Assembly (NCBI GenBank): GCA_963693365.1
Contig: CAVNZM010000108.1
Location: 1-7,505 of the forward strand
Length of the DNA stretch: 7,505 nt
Direction: 5' to 3'
From: Amoebidium appalachense
Taxonomy: Eukaryota > Protista > Ichthyosporea
The notes under the pieces are model-generated. The model was given only the letters and a program-made list of their open reading frames with translations. It made no database searches and was not told where the DNA came from. Below are positions 7,325 to 7,505 of the stretch, one piece after another (position 1 is the first letter of the stretch; each line of letters starts with the position of its first letter). The translations under genes and the position numbers were made by a program.

Positions 7325-7505
7325 AATTCCCCCCTCTCTCTCCCCTCCCCTCCCCCCCCACACACACACACACACGTGCACATCTCACACACGGACGCAC
7401 GCACACAAAATCTGTTCTACCTTTCCATCTTTGTACCTTTCTATCCTTTACGTGCCCTATGATGGATGCCCCCCCCCCCCCCCCCCCCGAGCCTCCCCTT
7501 CTTTC

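Larger units (their letters stand above)
2720..7505 (+). repeat. Complex tandem array (macrosatellite-like) of 0.6-1.0 kb modular units with at least 6 core copies; probably continues past the window end
   Basis: Anchor CCCCTAGGTTATGGCYGGT at 2925, 3881, 4788, 5689, 6301, 7275. Shared modules (ATATTTATCAT..TCGCACACCAC..AGCCAC; ACCTTTCCACCTTTGTA.CTTT..TATCCT) recur in the same order, separated by poly-C and (CA)n. Confidence 0.97.

Noticed and set aside
1-7505. ORFs in the supplied track, including the 281, 286 and 336 aa ones, as protein-coding genes
   Set aside because: They consist largely of poly-Pro/Gly, HT/CV and ER/SL runs from simple repeats that lack stop codons. Frames differ between repeat copies according to homopolymer length, and no domain is recognisable.

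Overview
Low-complexity, eukaryote-like DNA with no supportable protein-coding gene. The supplied ORFs are essentially translations of poly-C/poly-G, (CA)n and (GA)n tracts. Bases 1-530 are purine-rich and promoter-like (several CCAAT boxes, GATA motifs, a 23-bp duplication). Bases ~750-2000 carry intron-like splice signals and poly-G then poly-C tracts. From ~2720 to the window end there is a head-to-tail tandem array of 0.6-1.0 kb units built from unique modules separated by poly-C and (CA)n. Six copies of a ~90-nt core are anchored on CCCCTAGGTTATGGC(C/T)GGT at 2925, 3881, 4788, 5689, 6301 and 7275 (copies A-F; spacings 956, 907, 901, 612, 974). In all six copies the core keeps an AG|GT donor-like junction followed by a small TGCA-loop hairpin whose closing pair varies T.G / C-G / T-A. 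This makes it a candidate tandem small-RNA (spliced-leader-like) or repeated mini-exon cassette, which is an unproven inference. Units differ by gain and loss of whole modules at poly-C tracts, a unit-specific 152-bp insertion, and an 8-bp minisatellite expansion. The organism cannot be determined from the sequence alone.
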